Shown: piece after piece, positions 12,147 to 22,997 of the stretch
How the letters are laid out: each line of letters opens with the position of its first letter
How positions within the stretch are numbered: position 1 is the first letter of the stretch
From: Naegleria gruberi
Lineage: Eukaryota
Reading direction: 5' to 3' (one strand)
DNA length: 64,000 nt
Assembly (NCBI GenBank): GCA_000004985.1
Contig: GG738881.1
The notes under the pieces: generated by a model
What the model was told of the DNA's origin: nothing
Database searches by the model: none
The model's input: only the letters and a program-made list of their open reading frames with translations
Position numbers and translations under genes: made by a program

Positions 12147-12923
12147 ATGATCGGATCATCGGCTATGCTTTATGGAAGCGTGGAGGAACATTGCTTTTCA
12201 AAACTACAACAACAACAAGATCAAGTTGATAATTTATTTAATTTATATAAAGGATCGAAGAGGTCTTCTTCGTTTCCTTCGAACAATTGTCTAAAACGAA
12301 AGTTGGATTCAATGGAAGAGGATCAAAAGACGTGTTGTGATGAATTAGTAGATGAAGAAGCATGTTGTTGTTCGACAAGGAAGAATTATACTAGTAGATC
12401 ATCAACGTTAGCACAATTTGAAGAAAATGATTTGTTTAGAGAAGTAAAGAGAGTTAAAACGAGTTTAACTCTGTCACATTTACAATTATCAACGTCCTCA
12501 TCATCATCATCACTGGTTGATTCGATGGAACAGGATGAAGATGTTGTTAAAGAAAATGTGCAAAGCAAAATAATTCCATGCTACAGTATTTTGAAAACCC
12601 CTAAATCACCCCCTAAATCTAACACTGAAAAGAGTTTATCCAATATAATGATAAAAGAAATTTGGAGGAGAAAACTTCAATCATCCCTAATGAGTCAGTC
12701 AACTGGAGTGTCACAATTACCAAGAACTGAAATTAACTTACATAACGAGTACGATTTTGATGAACCTGAGGAACGAGCAGTAATGCCAAATAGTATACCA
12801 CGAGAAGAGCTAATGAGGAGGCTGAAGACGAGGATTGATTCTGCATCAAATGGAAGGCAGCACCGTTTTGATGATCCTCATTCAACAGGAATCAGTGACG
12901 AGTTTGATATGGCAGATGATTAA
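12147..12923 (+). CDS. Hypothetical serine-rich acidic protein (no recognisable domain).
   Basis: Single 258-aa ORF with coding-like composition. Low-complexity S-rich and acidic stretches. Ends ...DEFDMADD. Confidence 0.3.
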   Translation: MIGSSAMLYGSVEEHCFSKLQQQQDQVDNLFNLYKGSKRSSSFPSNNCLKRKLDSMEEDQKTCCDELVDEEACCCSTRKNYTSRSSTLAQFEENDLFREVKRVKTSLTLSHLQLSTSSSSSSLVDSMEQDEDVVKENVQSKIIPCYSILKTPKSPPKSNTEKSLSNIMIKEIWRRKLQSSLMSQSTGVSQLPRTEINLHNEYDFDEPEERAVMPNSIPREELMRRLKTRIDSASNGRQHRFDDPHSTGISDEFDMADD

Positions 12924-12938
12924 TTTATTGTAAATAAA

Positions 12939-14618
12939 CTAGTGATTTAAAAATCTATTCAACCTTTTCATGGAATGTTCAAATGCTAAACTGTCCAAGT
13001 GAAATAAATTTGAAGCAATAGCTTCGTGATGTCTTTGATGAGGAAGTTTACCACTGTCAAGTGAAAGACCTGACATGAAATAAACTGCCAAGTAAGGAGC
13101 CATAACAAGGGAGAGTGTTGTAGTTTTGAGACGTGAGAGCATGAGAGAAATGGCTGCAGTGGTACCAACATGTAACCATCCATGAGTTTGTCTTCCTTCT
13201 GTCAACATTCGTTCAATATCCAATACTTCACCCAACACAGTTGGAAGGAAAATGAAAAATGGAATAGATGAAAGCAGTCTGGTATTGTACAAGAAGTAGG
13301 ATGATCTAAACATTAAACCAAATGTTGCAAATATTCCCAATTTCTTTGCTGATTCAACACAAGACCATAATTTCATTGAGTTTTCCTCCTCTCTCAAAAA
13401 GATATATTCAGTTGTTTTACCCTTTGAAATCATTAAACCAATAGAACTCAATTTTTTAACATCTGCATAAGGACTATTACTATACATATTTTGCAACATG
13501 TTAATGAATGGTAAATTTTGATGCAGTGTCAGGGTTTTAAAAAGGTTTGGATTAGAGTACATTCTTGAAATTACTAGGGCTGAAATCATTTCATTTTCTC
13601 TTTCTCTTGTTTCAACAATTAGTCTGAAAGTATCCAATCTGTGCATTAAAGATTCATGAGAAATATTATCGGCTGAAACAACATCTAGCAAACGTCTTGC
13701 CTTAGCTTGAATAGCAGCACTTCCTTCATAGAGAATAGAATTGAATATCGTTCCTAATGTTCCGTTTGTACAAATTTCCTTAACAATCTGGGTATATTTT
13801 TCATTATTTCCATCTCCAATAGTAATTTCATCTGAGAGATCCTTTCCACTTTTCAAGACATTTAGATGCAAATCCTTATTTTCAGATAATGAAATCAAAC
13901 TTTCCAAACATGCATAATGTGAGCTTTCCAAAATAAATCCCAAATTCCACTTTAAATCTGAAGATGGACAGGAACCCATAAATGTACTTCTATTCAAGCT
14001 AATTAACATTGTTGATCTAAGTATTGGTAAAATCCTTTCCACAACATTTTCATCCACACCATTGTTCTTAATACTTGCATTCAATTCATTACTTTTAGCT
14101 TTGATTTGTAAGAGTAGAGTTTCCAATTCCTCATAAATTGAAATAAACTTTCTGTCCCGAGCAGTGGTGACCATTACATTTTCATTGGTGGATGTGCCAT
14201 CTCCTGGTAAAAGACCATACATTCCAGGAGTGGATGGTCCATCATCATATTCATCATCTCTATCATTCATTTCTGCTTCCATAAGACGTTTTTCCCATTG
14301 TTTCATTCTGTTTTGAACCAAATCGTGTAAGTCATCAACAATTTCCGATTGTTGTTTTCGGGATGATGTAATTACTTGTTGGAGAAATGAAAAGGCTGGA
14401 ATAATAGAAAGACCGAACATTAAAACAGCCTGTTTAAAACTAAATGATGAAGAAGCACCTGTTGAATTATTACTCTTTGAATATTGTCTGTATTCTCCTG
14501 ATTGATCATTGGAATTTCGGAATTTATAATTACTAAAGATCTTTAATCTTGTTGTTGGTGATGATGATTTAGCAATATGTTGTGCTGATTGAACAATTCT
14601 CTTTAACATTTTTTTCAA
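12939..14618 (-). CDS. Hypothetical membrane protein (559 aa) with an internal hydrophobic segment near residues 60-85 and a hydrophobic C-terminal region.
   Basis: Long uninterrupted ORF. TM-like stretch AVLMFGLSIIPAFSFL. C-terminal hydrophobic helices ...LGIFATFGLMFRSSYFLYNTRLLSSIPFFIFLPTVLGEV... I considered a peroxin-like identity but cannot support it. Confidence 0.45.
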   Translation of the reverse strand: MKKMLKRIVQSAQHIAKSSSPTTRLKIFSNYKFRNSNDQSGEYRQYSKSNNSTGASSSFSFKQAVLMFGLSIIPAFSFLQQVITSSRKQQSEIVDDLHDLVQNRMKQWEKRLMEAEMNDRDDEYDDGPSTPGMYGLLPGDGTSTNENVMVTTARDRKFISIYEELETLLLQIKAKSNELNASIKNNGVDENVVERILPILRSTMLISLNRSTFMGSCPSSDLKWNLGFILESSHYACLESLISLSENKDLHLNVLKSGKDLSDEITIGDGNNEKYTQIVKEICTNGTLGTIFNSILYEGSAAIQAKARRLLDVVSADNISHESLMHRLDTFRLIVETRERENEMISALVISRMYSNPNLFKTLTLHQNLPFINMLQNMYSNSPYADVKKLSSIGLMISKGKTTEYIFLREEENSMKLWSCVESAKKLGIFATFGLMFRSSYFLYNTRLLSSIPFFIFLPTVLGEVLDIERMLTEGRQTHGWLHVGTTAAISLMLSRLKTTTLSLVMAPYLAVYFMSGLSLDSGKLPHQRHHEAIASNLFHLDSLAFEHSMKRLNRFLNH

Positions 14619-14627
14619 AGTGCTTTA

Positions 14628-16889
14628 TTAGTTCATTTCCAAAGACAAACCTGGATGCACTCTTGTACCAGCTTGATATTTAATTCTCTTGGCAATGACA
14701 ACATTAATAACACAACCAATATGCATTAGAATACCAATAAAGAAACAAGTAATACCTGTAATTAATAATTCCCAAGAAATACCTTTACACACAGCACCAT
14801 CTGTTGCTGTAATATAATTAGCCATATATGTACAACCAGCAACTTCTGCGCCAATTGTTTTAAGTAAGGCATGTGCAAAAGTCAAAACAAAATTGAGTGT
14901 TTCTTGTGGGAATGTGGCAATGAAATTTTGAACATTAGTTGTAAGGAGATCAATTTGAGAAAGGATATTTGATGTCAAGGTACCAAATGAACTGACCAAA
15001 GTCTTAGCAGATGCAACATCAACAATTAAAGCATCCATATTGGCATTAATAATGTTCAAGGTTTGATTGTAGGAGGCAATTTCTGCCAAGGCTGCCAGTT
15101 GAGTATTGTGTTGTAATCTGGTTGCATTCTTGAGTGTTTCACCTTCAACTTTGTCAGAGTTTGAGGCAAGTCCGGAAGGATCAAATGTTTCAAAATTATC
15201 ATACGTATAGGTAGCTGATATTTTGGCAGTGGTGAATGCATTGAGAGCATTAAGAGCAGCATCAAAATCTGTTGCATTGAAACCGGAAAAACCAGAAAGA
15301 TTATTCAATGATGAAGTACCATTTGCAAGTTTGGCCCTAGCATCAGTGAGGGTACTTGTATAGTCAACATTGATAGAGCCAATAGAAGATGTGGTCATGG
15401 AATTCTTTGCACTTTCGGTAACAGAAGAAATGTTAAAAACTGAAGCTTGGGTGCTGAATGAATCAGTTACAGAAACGAGCATACTGTTAATACCCAAAGC
15501 AGAGAATGCATCAGTACCAAATACAACATCAATCAAAGATTGACCATCTTTACAGGTAGACATGGTTGTTAACATTACAGAAACGTTTTGGAATTTGATT
15601 CCACCAGTTCCAGTGAGCATACTTGACAAAGCTTGATCACCGATAGATCCAACAGTTTTTGGACCATTTGTGCATACTTCATTGATAAGCATAAATGCTG
15701 GAACTTGAATACCTGCCAAAAGAATGAAAATCCAAGCAGTAATAAAGGCCAATGTAGTTGTAATATGTACACACCAAGTCTTTCTGAAAATAATACCAAT
15801 AAATACAAAAATGTAGATTATTCCACACCAACAGAAGAGGACAATGGAAAGTGAAACTCTAATATTTTCAGCAAGCTTGGAATAAGTCTTAGCGTCATTA
15901 ACTGTTTGATTGTTTAGGTAGGTGTCAACTGAGGATTGAATTGAAGCAATAGGTTGTTGAATACTTCCCAAAGCGCTACTGAGTGAAGGACCAAATTGGC
16001 TTGAAATTGTGTCATTGATAAGACTTTTAACTGAACTAATCTTGGTCTTGATGGTATCTTTTCCAGAATCAATCGATGATTTGGCAGATGTAATTGCTTG
16101 CAAGCCAGATGTAATGGAAGGAGAAACAGTTGATTTGATATCAGGAATTTCACTAGAGGCTGGAACTCCACTAAGTTTTGGACTAGCTCTCAAAGTGTCG
16201 ATACCACTTCTAATATTTACAACTTCCTTGTTGATATTTTCAATGGTGGATGAGTTGAAGGTGCCTAGTTGTGTGATTGTGTTTCCAACAAGAGTTGAAA
16301 TTGTATCTAGAGGTGCAGTTGCATTCAGAGCCTTATTTAAAAGTGGATCGATCGCATCTGGGAGTCCATTTAATTGAGTGGTAATAATGGCTGGGAGATT
16401 ACCAACATTTTTCAGGGAACCAGTGACACTGCTAGTAAATGTCAAAGTTTCATCAATCATGACTCTCACGTGTGTTGAACCTTGGGCAGAGAAGATCACA
16501 CCAATAATTCCCAATAGAATAAAGCAACAATAGAGCACAGCCAAGACAATAGCTGGAGCAATAAGGTGCTTTCTCTTGTAGGCCTCAGATGATGTTGGTA
16601 CATTTGAACCACAGAACCCACAACATCTACAACAACAGAATATCATTATTGCAATATAACCAATCACACCAAACAGAATGGGGATCACAAGGAAAATTGC
16701 TAAGAAAATAGCATACTCTATATATTTAGCTCCATCTAGAACCTCCTCCGAAGACGTTGGGAGGGCTGTCCTCACTGTCTTAACTTGCCCCATAGTAAAG
16801 GCAATATTCTGGGCATTTACTGTTGTAAGGATGATAAGGAATACAAATATTATGTACAAGGAAAATCTAGGGACAATTTGAAACGACAT
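14628..16889 (-). CDS. Prominin-like pentaspan membrane glycoprotein (5 TM, two large extracellular loops, Cys-rich stretch after TM1).
   Basis: Signal-like N-terminus (IIFVFLIILTTVNAQ). TM1 followed by CCCRCCGFCG, TM2, a ~220-aa loop, TM3 (LSIVLFCWCGIIYIFVFIGIIF), a short loop, TM4, a ~290-aa S/T/N-rich loop with many N-x-S/T sites, TM5 (LLITGITCFFIGILMHIGCVINVVIA), and a short tail. This topology and the Cys cluster after TM1 match prominins. Confidence 0.55.
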   Translation of the reverse strand: MSFQIVPRFSLYIIFVFLIILTTVNAQNIAFTMGQVKTVRTALPTSSEEVLDGAKYIEYAIFLAIFLVIPILFGVIGYIAIMIFCCCRCCGFCGSNVPTSSEAYKRKHLIAPAIVLAVLYCCFILLGIIGVIFSAQGSTHVRVMIDETLTFTSSVTGSLKNVGNLPAIITTQLNGLPDAIDPLLNKALNATAPLDTISTLVGNTITQLGTFNSSTIENINKEVVNIRSGIDTLRASPKLSGVPASSEIPDIKSTVSPSITSGLQAITSAKSSIDSGKDTIKTKISSVKSLINDTISSQFGPSLSSALGSIQQPIASIQSSVDTYLNNQTVNDAKTYSKLAENIRVSLSIVLFCWCGIIYIFVFIGIIFRKTWCVHITTTLAFITAWIFILLAGIQVPAFMLINEVCTNGPKTVGSIGDQALSSMLTGTGGIKFQNVSVMLTTMSTCKDGQSLIDVVFGTDAFSALGINSMLVSVTDSFSTQASVFNISSVTESAKNSMTTSSIGSINVDYTSTLTDARAKLANGTSSLNNLSGFSGFNATDFDAALNALNAFTTAKISATYTYDNFETFDPSGLASNSDKVEGETLKNATRLQHNTQLAALAEIASYNQTLNIINANMDALIVDVASAKTLVSSFGTLTSNILSQIDLLTTNVQNFIATFPQETLNFVLTFAHALLKTIGAEVAGCTYMANYITATDGAVCKGISWELLITGITCFFIGILMHIGCVINVVIAKRIKYQAGTRVHPGLSLEMN

Positions 16890-17610
16890 TCTCTCTAAAT
16901 TAGAAGGAGGATTTTTTGTAAAGAAAGGATTGATACGAGAGTATTAAGGTCGTTTTTTTCTGTTAAGAAATATTTTGAAAAACGTCTTTTGTTCTTTGTG
17001 TGCCATCACAACTCATCGCTTCAATAACAATTTCTGATGGAGAGAAACAGTTAATGTAAGGAAGAGCGGGAATTTTCGGTTGAAACAAGTTCATTTGTTG
17101 GCGGGATTCAAGTGGAATCAACTAATTTGGATTAGTCATCCAAATAAATCCATAATAAGGCAAAAAATAAGGTCCTTAATGTAGAATGCAAGACTTTGAC
17201 TTGTACTCCACATGCCATGTAGTAGTATTTTGCACTCTATAGAAACTTTTTGTATGCCTCCTTGTGCATGTTGTCAAGCAGTAACCTAACGGCAATGTCT
17301 ATCAAAATTTGTGTTGAAATCATTTCATTAATGATGGGATGTGAGGGAGAGGAATCTTACTAGAAATTCTCGGATTGTATTAATTGGGGGTTTCTGTTGC
17401 TTGTATAGGTAGTGGCAAATAATTAAGAGATACTAAAGGAAATAACCTAATCTCTTCCTTATCCAGATTCGATTTCCAACACTATTTCATGATAGTGAAT
17501 AATTAAAAAGTTGATGTAATTCCATTCCTGGTGTTATTATTCTGTGCAATCTTTGCATTATTCAAATCCCATATAATATTTACATTAATTAATTATTTGA
17601 TGAAAATTAT

Positions 17611-18105
17611 TTAATGAAAACATCTCGAAAGCACAAAGCAATCTGGTGGATCTAATCGACGGTAGAATTTTTCAATTCGTGTGATGATTGAAAAATTGTG
17701 CCTCTGATAGAATTTAATTCCATCATCATTGTTGACTTGTGTTTGTAGGTAGACGGTGATGAGTTTCTTTTGACACTCCACTAATTCAATAACTTGATTT
17801 AATAATTTAGATCCGATTCCTTTTGATCTGTATTTTGCTAATACAGCCAATGAAGCAATGCAAAGGCCGGATGTGTTTGGACAAGCATGAGGATCAGATT
17901 TTAGAACACAACCAATGGCTCCGACAGCTTCATCTTTACCAGTCTTCGGATTTTTCACAAAAGCAACAAATGAATACTTGTCTTGCACCATTTGACTATA
18001 GATTTTAGCACTAAAATTTACAGGTAATACTATGCCATTAATTTGAGCCATGTCTAGTGTCAAATCATCATTTAGAGGCAGAATAGTTATCTCACCTACA
18101 GACAT
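17611..18105 (-). CDS. NAA50: N-alpha-acetyltransferase 50 (NatE catalytic subunit, GNAT family).
   Basis: 164 aa, collinear with human NAA50 as I recall it: EITILPLNDDLTLDMAQINGIVLPVNFSAKIY, the acetyl-CoA motif AKYRSKGIGSKLLNQVIELVE, and C-terminal VYLQTQVNNDDGIKFYQRHNFSIITRIEKFYRRLDPPDCFVLSRCF. Confidence 0.85.
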   Translation of the reverse strand: MSVGEITILPLNDDLTLDMAQINGIVLPVNFSAKIYSQMVQDKYSFVAFVKNPKTGKDEAVGAIGCVLKSDPHACPNTSGLCIASLAVLAKYRSKGIGSKLLNQVIELVECQKKLITVYLQTQVNNDDGIKFYQRHNFSIITRIEKFYRRLDPPDCFVLSRCFH

Positions 18106-18183
18106 TTTTTTAATGATGAAGAAATTTCTTTCTTCCTTTAAAAAATAGAATATTGTTAGTGCAGCACTGGTATTAATATTTAA

Positions 18184-19563
18184 TTAACTCAGCAGAATAT
18201 TATTCAATTCATGAAGGACCATACTCGTTCCTAATGAAGTATTTTGAGATTTAAGAATTGGTGATTCCATTGGTAGACTCAAATGAGATGGAGGAGATTC
18301 AAGTTGTGATCTTCTACGGGTTGGAGTTGGCTTATTCAAAACACTTAAATCTAATGTTGGTACAACTGCCTTTTGATTGGCGACTGAAGTTGGAGGTATT
18401 TTAGGATTTTCTTCTTTTGAAGGTTGTTCCTTGACAGGTTTTTGTTTCTGCTTATTCTTCTGGCTTAACATTTTTTCAATTTCTTGAGCATCCTTGAAAT
18501 CATTGATAAACCTTTCATGCACATTTTCCATTCGCTTAGTTACTGCATGCTCAGATCCTAGTTTGTTAATTGAAATAGTAAGAGCCTTTTCATGAAACAT
18601 GGCTGCTTTTGAAATTTCCATCAAGTGTTCCAACTCTACAGCAATGTTATTGTGAGCAACAACAATACTTGAATAGAGAGCATCGTGTGATATTAATGGC
18701 GATCGCTCCTTGTTCGAAATGCCTATCGATTCATTTTTCTGGAGGGAGAGTAATATCTCAAGGGCAGTGTTTGCATGAGCTAGGGATTGTTTGTGTTTTC
18801 CAAGTTTTGATAAAATTGCTCCAATATTGAGGTAAGAGTCGGCCAATCCCACTCCATTCTCTTCAACAGGAAGATCAATCTCGATAGAGAAGGCTCTCTG
18901 AGCAAATTCAAGAGCCTCTTCAAACATATTCTTAATTCTGAAGACAAAACTGATATTGTTCAATGTCATTGATTTCATCTTTCTGATATTATCGAACTCA
19001 ATTCCAAATTCTAAGTATCGGAGGGATCTCTTTAATATTCCAATACTTTCATCTGGTGTATCCCTATAATTCATTGAAAACGAATTACATAACAAGATGA
19101 ATTTTTTACAAGCGTCCTCAGTCTTAATATCTGATTTTCCATAAAGATCTACCAATAAATTCAGCCTCTTCTCCCATACATCAAGGCATGAGAGTGGATC
19201 TTCCGAATTCTCCAACTCTTTGGCTTTTTCTTCTAAATTTACAGCTTCTTGTAGCTTTAATCGTGTTTCTTTCATTAAGGCTGCATGATTAATTTCATTG
19301 AGAGTATCATTGATATTTTGTTTTATACTTTCTTGTAGTTGAAGAAGTGATGTAGAAAGTTCCTCGTTTTTTCCGATATTAATGTTTTGTTTTTTGTTGT
19401 TATATGTCTTGTTATCAGACTGTTCGTGATGAGTCTCAATTCGCGGGCTGATGAAATCCTTCTTTCTCTGATATTTTCTTCCAGGAGTCTTCTCCAAGAA
19501 AGCCCTAGCTTTAAATATTGGTTTTACAGGAGAAGAAGCAACTATACGATGTCTATTCTCCAT
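18184..19563 (-). CDS. Hypothetical protein with TPR-like helical repeats and a basic/S-P-rich C-terminus.
   Basis: 459-aa ORF. Repeated helix pairs such as MFEEALEFAQRAFSIEI, LADSYLNIGAILSKLGKHKQSLAHANTALEIL and AVELEHLMEISKAAMFHEKALTI are suggestive of TPR. Confidence 0.45.
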   Translation of the reverse strand: MENRHRIVASSPVKPIFKARAFLEKTPGRKYQRKKDFISPRIETHHEQSDNKTYNNKKQNINIGKNEELSTSLLQLQESIKQNINDTLNEINHAALMKETRLKLQEAVNLEEKAKELENSEDPLSCLDVWEKRLNLLVDLYGKSDIKTEDACKKFILLCNSFSMNYRDTPDESIGILKRSLRYLEFGIEFDNIRKMKSMTLNNISFVFRIKNMFEEALEFAQRAFSIEIDLPVEENGVGLADSYLNIGAILSKLGKHKQSLAHANTALEILLSLQKNESIGISNKERSPLISHDALYSSIVVAHNNIAVELEHLMEISKAAMFHEKALTISINKLGSEHAVTKRMENVHERFINDFKDAQEIEKMLSQKNKQKQKPVKEQPSKEENPKIPPTSVANQKAVVPTLDLSVLNKPTPTRRRSQLESPPSHLSLPMESPILKSQNTSLGTSMVLHELNNILLS

Positions 19564-19884
19564 ATTTTAATATTCCACTCTCCTTTCTATGATTTTTAAA
19601 ATTGTGTTAAATATTTGTTGCTGTTGGGTTTTTTGAAGAAAAGGCCGTTCAATGACGTTATTTTTTGAGAAAATGGAAAAGGCCAAAATTCTCTTCATCA
19701 TCCTCAGTTTGAAACATCTGATCAAGTTTAAAATTTCATCGTTATTTATAAGACTTGCAGTTGTAAGAAGTTTGGCGCCATTTCAGTAAACATTGCCAAA
19801 AAATCAAAAGAAAAAAATTGAAAACATAATTTTAGTTTTCTCATCATCTTGAATTATCAAACAACATCGGAATAGAGGGTTGGA

Positions 19885-22800
19885 ATGTCGAATCAACATA
19901 GGAGACCAACATCTTCTTTTCAATTACATGAGGACTCTTATGAACCGAGCTGGAGTCAACAATTTAGTCACAGTACGAGGACTTTTAGACAAACGGATGA
20001 TTATTTAAATGATGTATATCCAAAACGACCAAATTCACAAACATACTTGGACAAAATTCGAGAAAAGAAAAGAAACACTGTTCTTTCAGATCCCACTGTT
20101 TGGGCAAAAGAAACAAGGGATCTCCTCAAAAAGGATATGAGTATTCCTTTACCAAGGAAAATTAAAAGAAGAAATGTTGGAGGAATACCCACCAATACAA
20201 TTGGCAGAAGGATTAAGGGCAATTTGTACAAACAAGCCCCAATACTACCAAAGGAAAACCAATTAAATCCAGCCCTTCCTCTTCCACCAATAGCAGAATC
20301 AGAGTTGGATAAGGGTTTAATTAATTTAATTAATAGAAAGTTGGTACCATCATTCATTGATTTGTCACCACTTGTAAATAACGACGAGAATTCACCAATA
20401 ACTGCTTCACAAGCTGTTTTAAATCCCTATCACTATCAATTAGTTAAGAAGAATGTACAAACGGAGGATACTGCAAACTCACATCTTTATAGAATGGAGA
20501 GTGGTCCACCAAGCCCGGAAAGAGAAATACCCTACACCACCAGATCAAATCCAACAACAAGGAAAAAGGAACCCTCAATAGTTCCATTCGGAAATCAAAA
20601 AATTTACAATCTCAAATCAAAAGATGCCACCGTTTATATGCCTAAAAATTATATTCAACAACCAATTGATTCAGTTCTTGATCCAACTGAGGAACAACGT
20701 ATCAACTCATTGCTTGAGGCAACAAATGATAGAAAAAAGCAACAATATTTGAGAACCTATATTGACCTTATGGATGAATACAGTTTGCATCATGTTATTA
20801 TACGTCATGGATCATTACTGGATAATACTCCAGAATATTTGTCATTCTATAGAACTTATCAATATAACTGGAGTAGAATTTATAGCGTTCTTTCCCTATT
20901 GGAAAAACTACTTCGAGACTTTACAGTTCCTCTGGCTTACGTAGATGGTAAGAAAGTTGTTTTCTTAGCTGAAAGAACTATAGATCCGAATAATAGACAA
21001 TTGATTGATTGTTTGGTTAATGCTGAAAATGTAATTCCTTACATAAAACTTCCAGATGTTAAATTCATGGGAAGAAATGGGCAGAATAATGCAGCAACAT
21101 GTATTCAGAGAATTTGGAAAGGTTATATACAAAGAAAAAGGTTTTCAAGACTCAAGTACGAACATAAAATGGCCACAAGAATTCAATTTTGGTGGTTCCT
21201 TAGAGTTAGATTATTCAGGACCAAAGAAAAAATTCAGAAAATTATACACGACGAGGAATTCAAATGGAAATCAAAGATGGATGAATTCAAAAAGAATTGG
21301 GATACCATTAAGAAATCAAAGAGGACAATTATTCACATCAATTCTCTTACATATGATGAATCTGTAAGAACAACAACTCCAAAATTCAAATCATCCCAAA
21401 ATTCTCAACTCTTCAGAATTTTGGATTTATTGGATCCAAATGTAGAAGTAGTATATGTTACATCTGAGCCATTGGATAGTGATGTATTATCATATGTTTG
21501 TAAATTATTGGAATTTGGAGGAGTTGAGGAACCAATGAGAAGACTCAAAGTAATTACACCAGAATCTAATGACAAATATCCAGATTCGACAAGTTTATCA
21601 TCTCTTGTTTATTATTCCCAAAGAACAATGAGGCATTTGCGAACTCTTGTCATGGGTAAGACGGCGTACCTTGTTCCAGGTCAACTCGGAAAAGACGATT
21701 TAAGACTTGCTATCAAACTTCAGTTACCAATTTTAGGATCAGATCCTGTTAACTCTACTATTTATGGAACCAAGTCAGGAAGCAAGAGAATTTTTGCTCA
21801 AGCAGAAGTGAATATGCCTTTTGGAATTTATGATATTTATGAGGAAGAAGACTTGATCTCTAATTTATCGAGGAAACTAATGGAATATCCACAATATTCT
21901 CGTTGGATAATTAAGATAGATAACGAATATGGAGGAAGAGGCCTTGCTTTCTTGGATGTAAACAAACTTTCCTCACTCAAGGAGAAACGAAGAAATGAAC
22001 CAATGTTTGCTGAGAGGTTAAGGGCCAATCTTGCAGAAGAACTGGGAGAATACATGCCGGAGAGATTGAACATTGTATCGAAACATGTGTATCCCCAATG
22101 GCCTGATTTCCTCAAAGCACTTAAAGATTGTGGTGGAGGTGTTATTGAAGCTGTTCCAAACAAGATTATCGGTTCTCCTTCTGTTAATTTGTTCATTGAA
22201 CCCAATGGAGAAGTTAATATTTTATCTGTACAAGAACAGTTAGTCAATTCTCAATATTGCACCATGTCATGCTCTTTCCCTCATTATTCTGCGCCATATG
22301 ACGCACTGAGAGAGGCATCCTTCTCAGTTGGAAGAGTATGTCATTCCAAAAAGATATTCGGTTATGTAACGATAGACTTTGTAATATTTGTTGACGAGAA
22401 GGATTGTGCTAGAATGTGGGCAGTAGATCTAAAGTTAAGACTCACAGACAATGCACTCTCACATAGAATGTTCGAATTGATTACCAAATCAAGATTTGAT
22501 AAGGACAGTGGACAATCTCTGAGCTCTGAAGGCTTAGAGAGCGAAATTAACAATAGAAGCTACATATACAGTGGAATGATGAGAAATCCTGCAATAAGCT
22601 CTTGGCATCACTCTTCCTTCTTCAGCGATTGCAGAGTGAATGGTTTTTCCTTGGACGGATACGGAAAGTTTGGTGTTATTTTCCAACAAGTTGATTCATT
22701 ACTGAGAGGGCAACTTGGTGTTTTATGTATTGGAAAGACTGCACGAGAGACATCTACACTATTCTGCAATTTAGTGAACTATCTAATAAGTTTGATACCT

Positions 22801-22890
22801 AAGGAAGATCGTTTACCAATCGGTTATGATTCCAATCTGAAAATCTTAGAAGAAATTGTTTCAAACCTCGTTCATGGTAGTAATGAATAA
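19885..22890 (+). CDS. IQ-motif protein with a C-terminal ATP-grasp/TTL-like domain (IQCH-like architecture).
   Basis: 1001-aa intronless ORF. Tandem IQ motifs ATCIQRIWKGYIQRKRFSRLKYEHKMATRIQFWWFLRVRLFR. The C-terminal half has ...SRWIIKIDNEYGGRGLAFLD..., resembling the W-I-x-K-P-x(5)-G-x-G-I signature of TTL/ATP-grasp enzymes. Confidence 0.6.
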   Translation: MSNQHRRPTSSFQLHEDSYEPSWSQQFSHSTRTFRQTDDYLNDVYPKRPNSQTYLDKIREKKRNTVLSDPTVWAKETRDLLKKDMSIPLPRKIKRRNVGGIPTNTIGRRIKGNLYKQAPILPKENQLNPALPLPPIAESELDKGLINLINRKLVPSFIDLSPLVNNDENSPITASQAVLNPYHYQLVKKNVQTEDTANSHLYRMESGPPSPEREIPYTTRSNPTTRKKEPSIVPFGNQKIYNLKSKDATVYMPKNYIQQPIDSVLDPTEEQRINSLLEATNDRKKQQYLRTYIDLMDEYSLHHVIIRHGSLLDNTPEYLSFYRTYQYNWSRIYSVLSLLEKLLRDFTVPLAYVDGKKVVFLAERTIDPNNRQLIDCLVNAENVIPYIKLPDVKFMGRNGQNNAATCIQRIWKGYIQRKRFSRLKYEHKMATRIQFWWFLRVRLFRTKEKIQKIIHDEEFKWKSKMDEFKKNWDTIKKSKRTIIHINSLTYDESVRTTTPKFKSSQNSQLFRILDLLDPNVEVVYVTSEPLDSDVLSYVCKLLEFGGVEEPMRRLKVITPESNDKYPDSTSLSSLVYYSQRTMRHLRTLVMGKTAYLVPGQLGKDDLRLAIKLQLPILGSDPVNSTIYGTKSGSKRIFAQAEVNMPFGIYDIYEEEDLISNLSRKLMEYPQYSRWIIKIDNEYGGRGLAFLDVNKLSSLKEKRRNEPMFAERLRANLAEELGEYMPERLNIVSKHVYPQWPDFLKALKDCGGGVIEAVPNKIIGSPSVNLFIEPNGEVNILSVQEQLVNSQYCTMSCSFPHYSAPYDALREASFSVGRVCHSKKIFGYVTIDFVIFVDEKDCARMWAVDLKLRLTDNALSHRMFELITKSRFDKDSGQSLSSEGLESEINNRSYIYSGMMRNPAISSWHHSSFFSDCRVNGFSLDGYGKFGVIFQQVDSLLRGQLGVLCIGKTARETSTLFCNLVNYLISLIPKEDRLPIGYDSNLKILEEIVSNLVHGSNE

Positions 22891-22997
22891 ACTCATTCCA
22901 ATCCATTGTACTTTTCCTTAAAATCATTATTCTTGTCCTATTGTTATAAAGAGTCATTTTGATGGATCATTAAGTGGCATCAAATAATTTTAAAAAA

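Noticed and set aside
12939-14618. Possible peroxin (PEX3/PEX16-like) identity for the 559-aa membrane protein
   Set aside because: There is only a vague topological resemblance and no motif I can actually align from memory. It is left as hypothetical.
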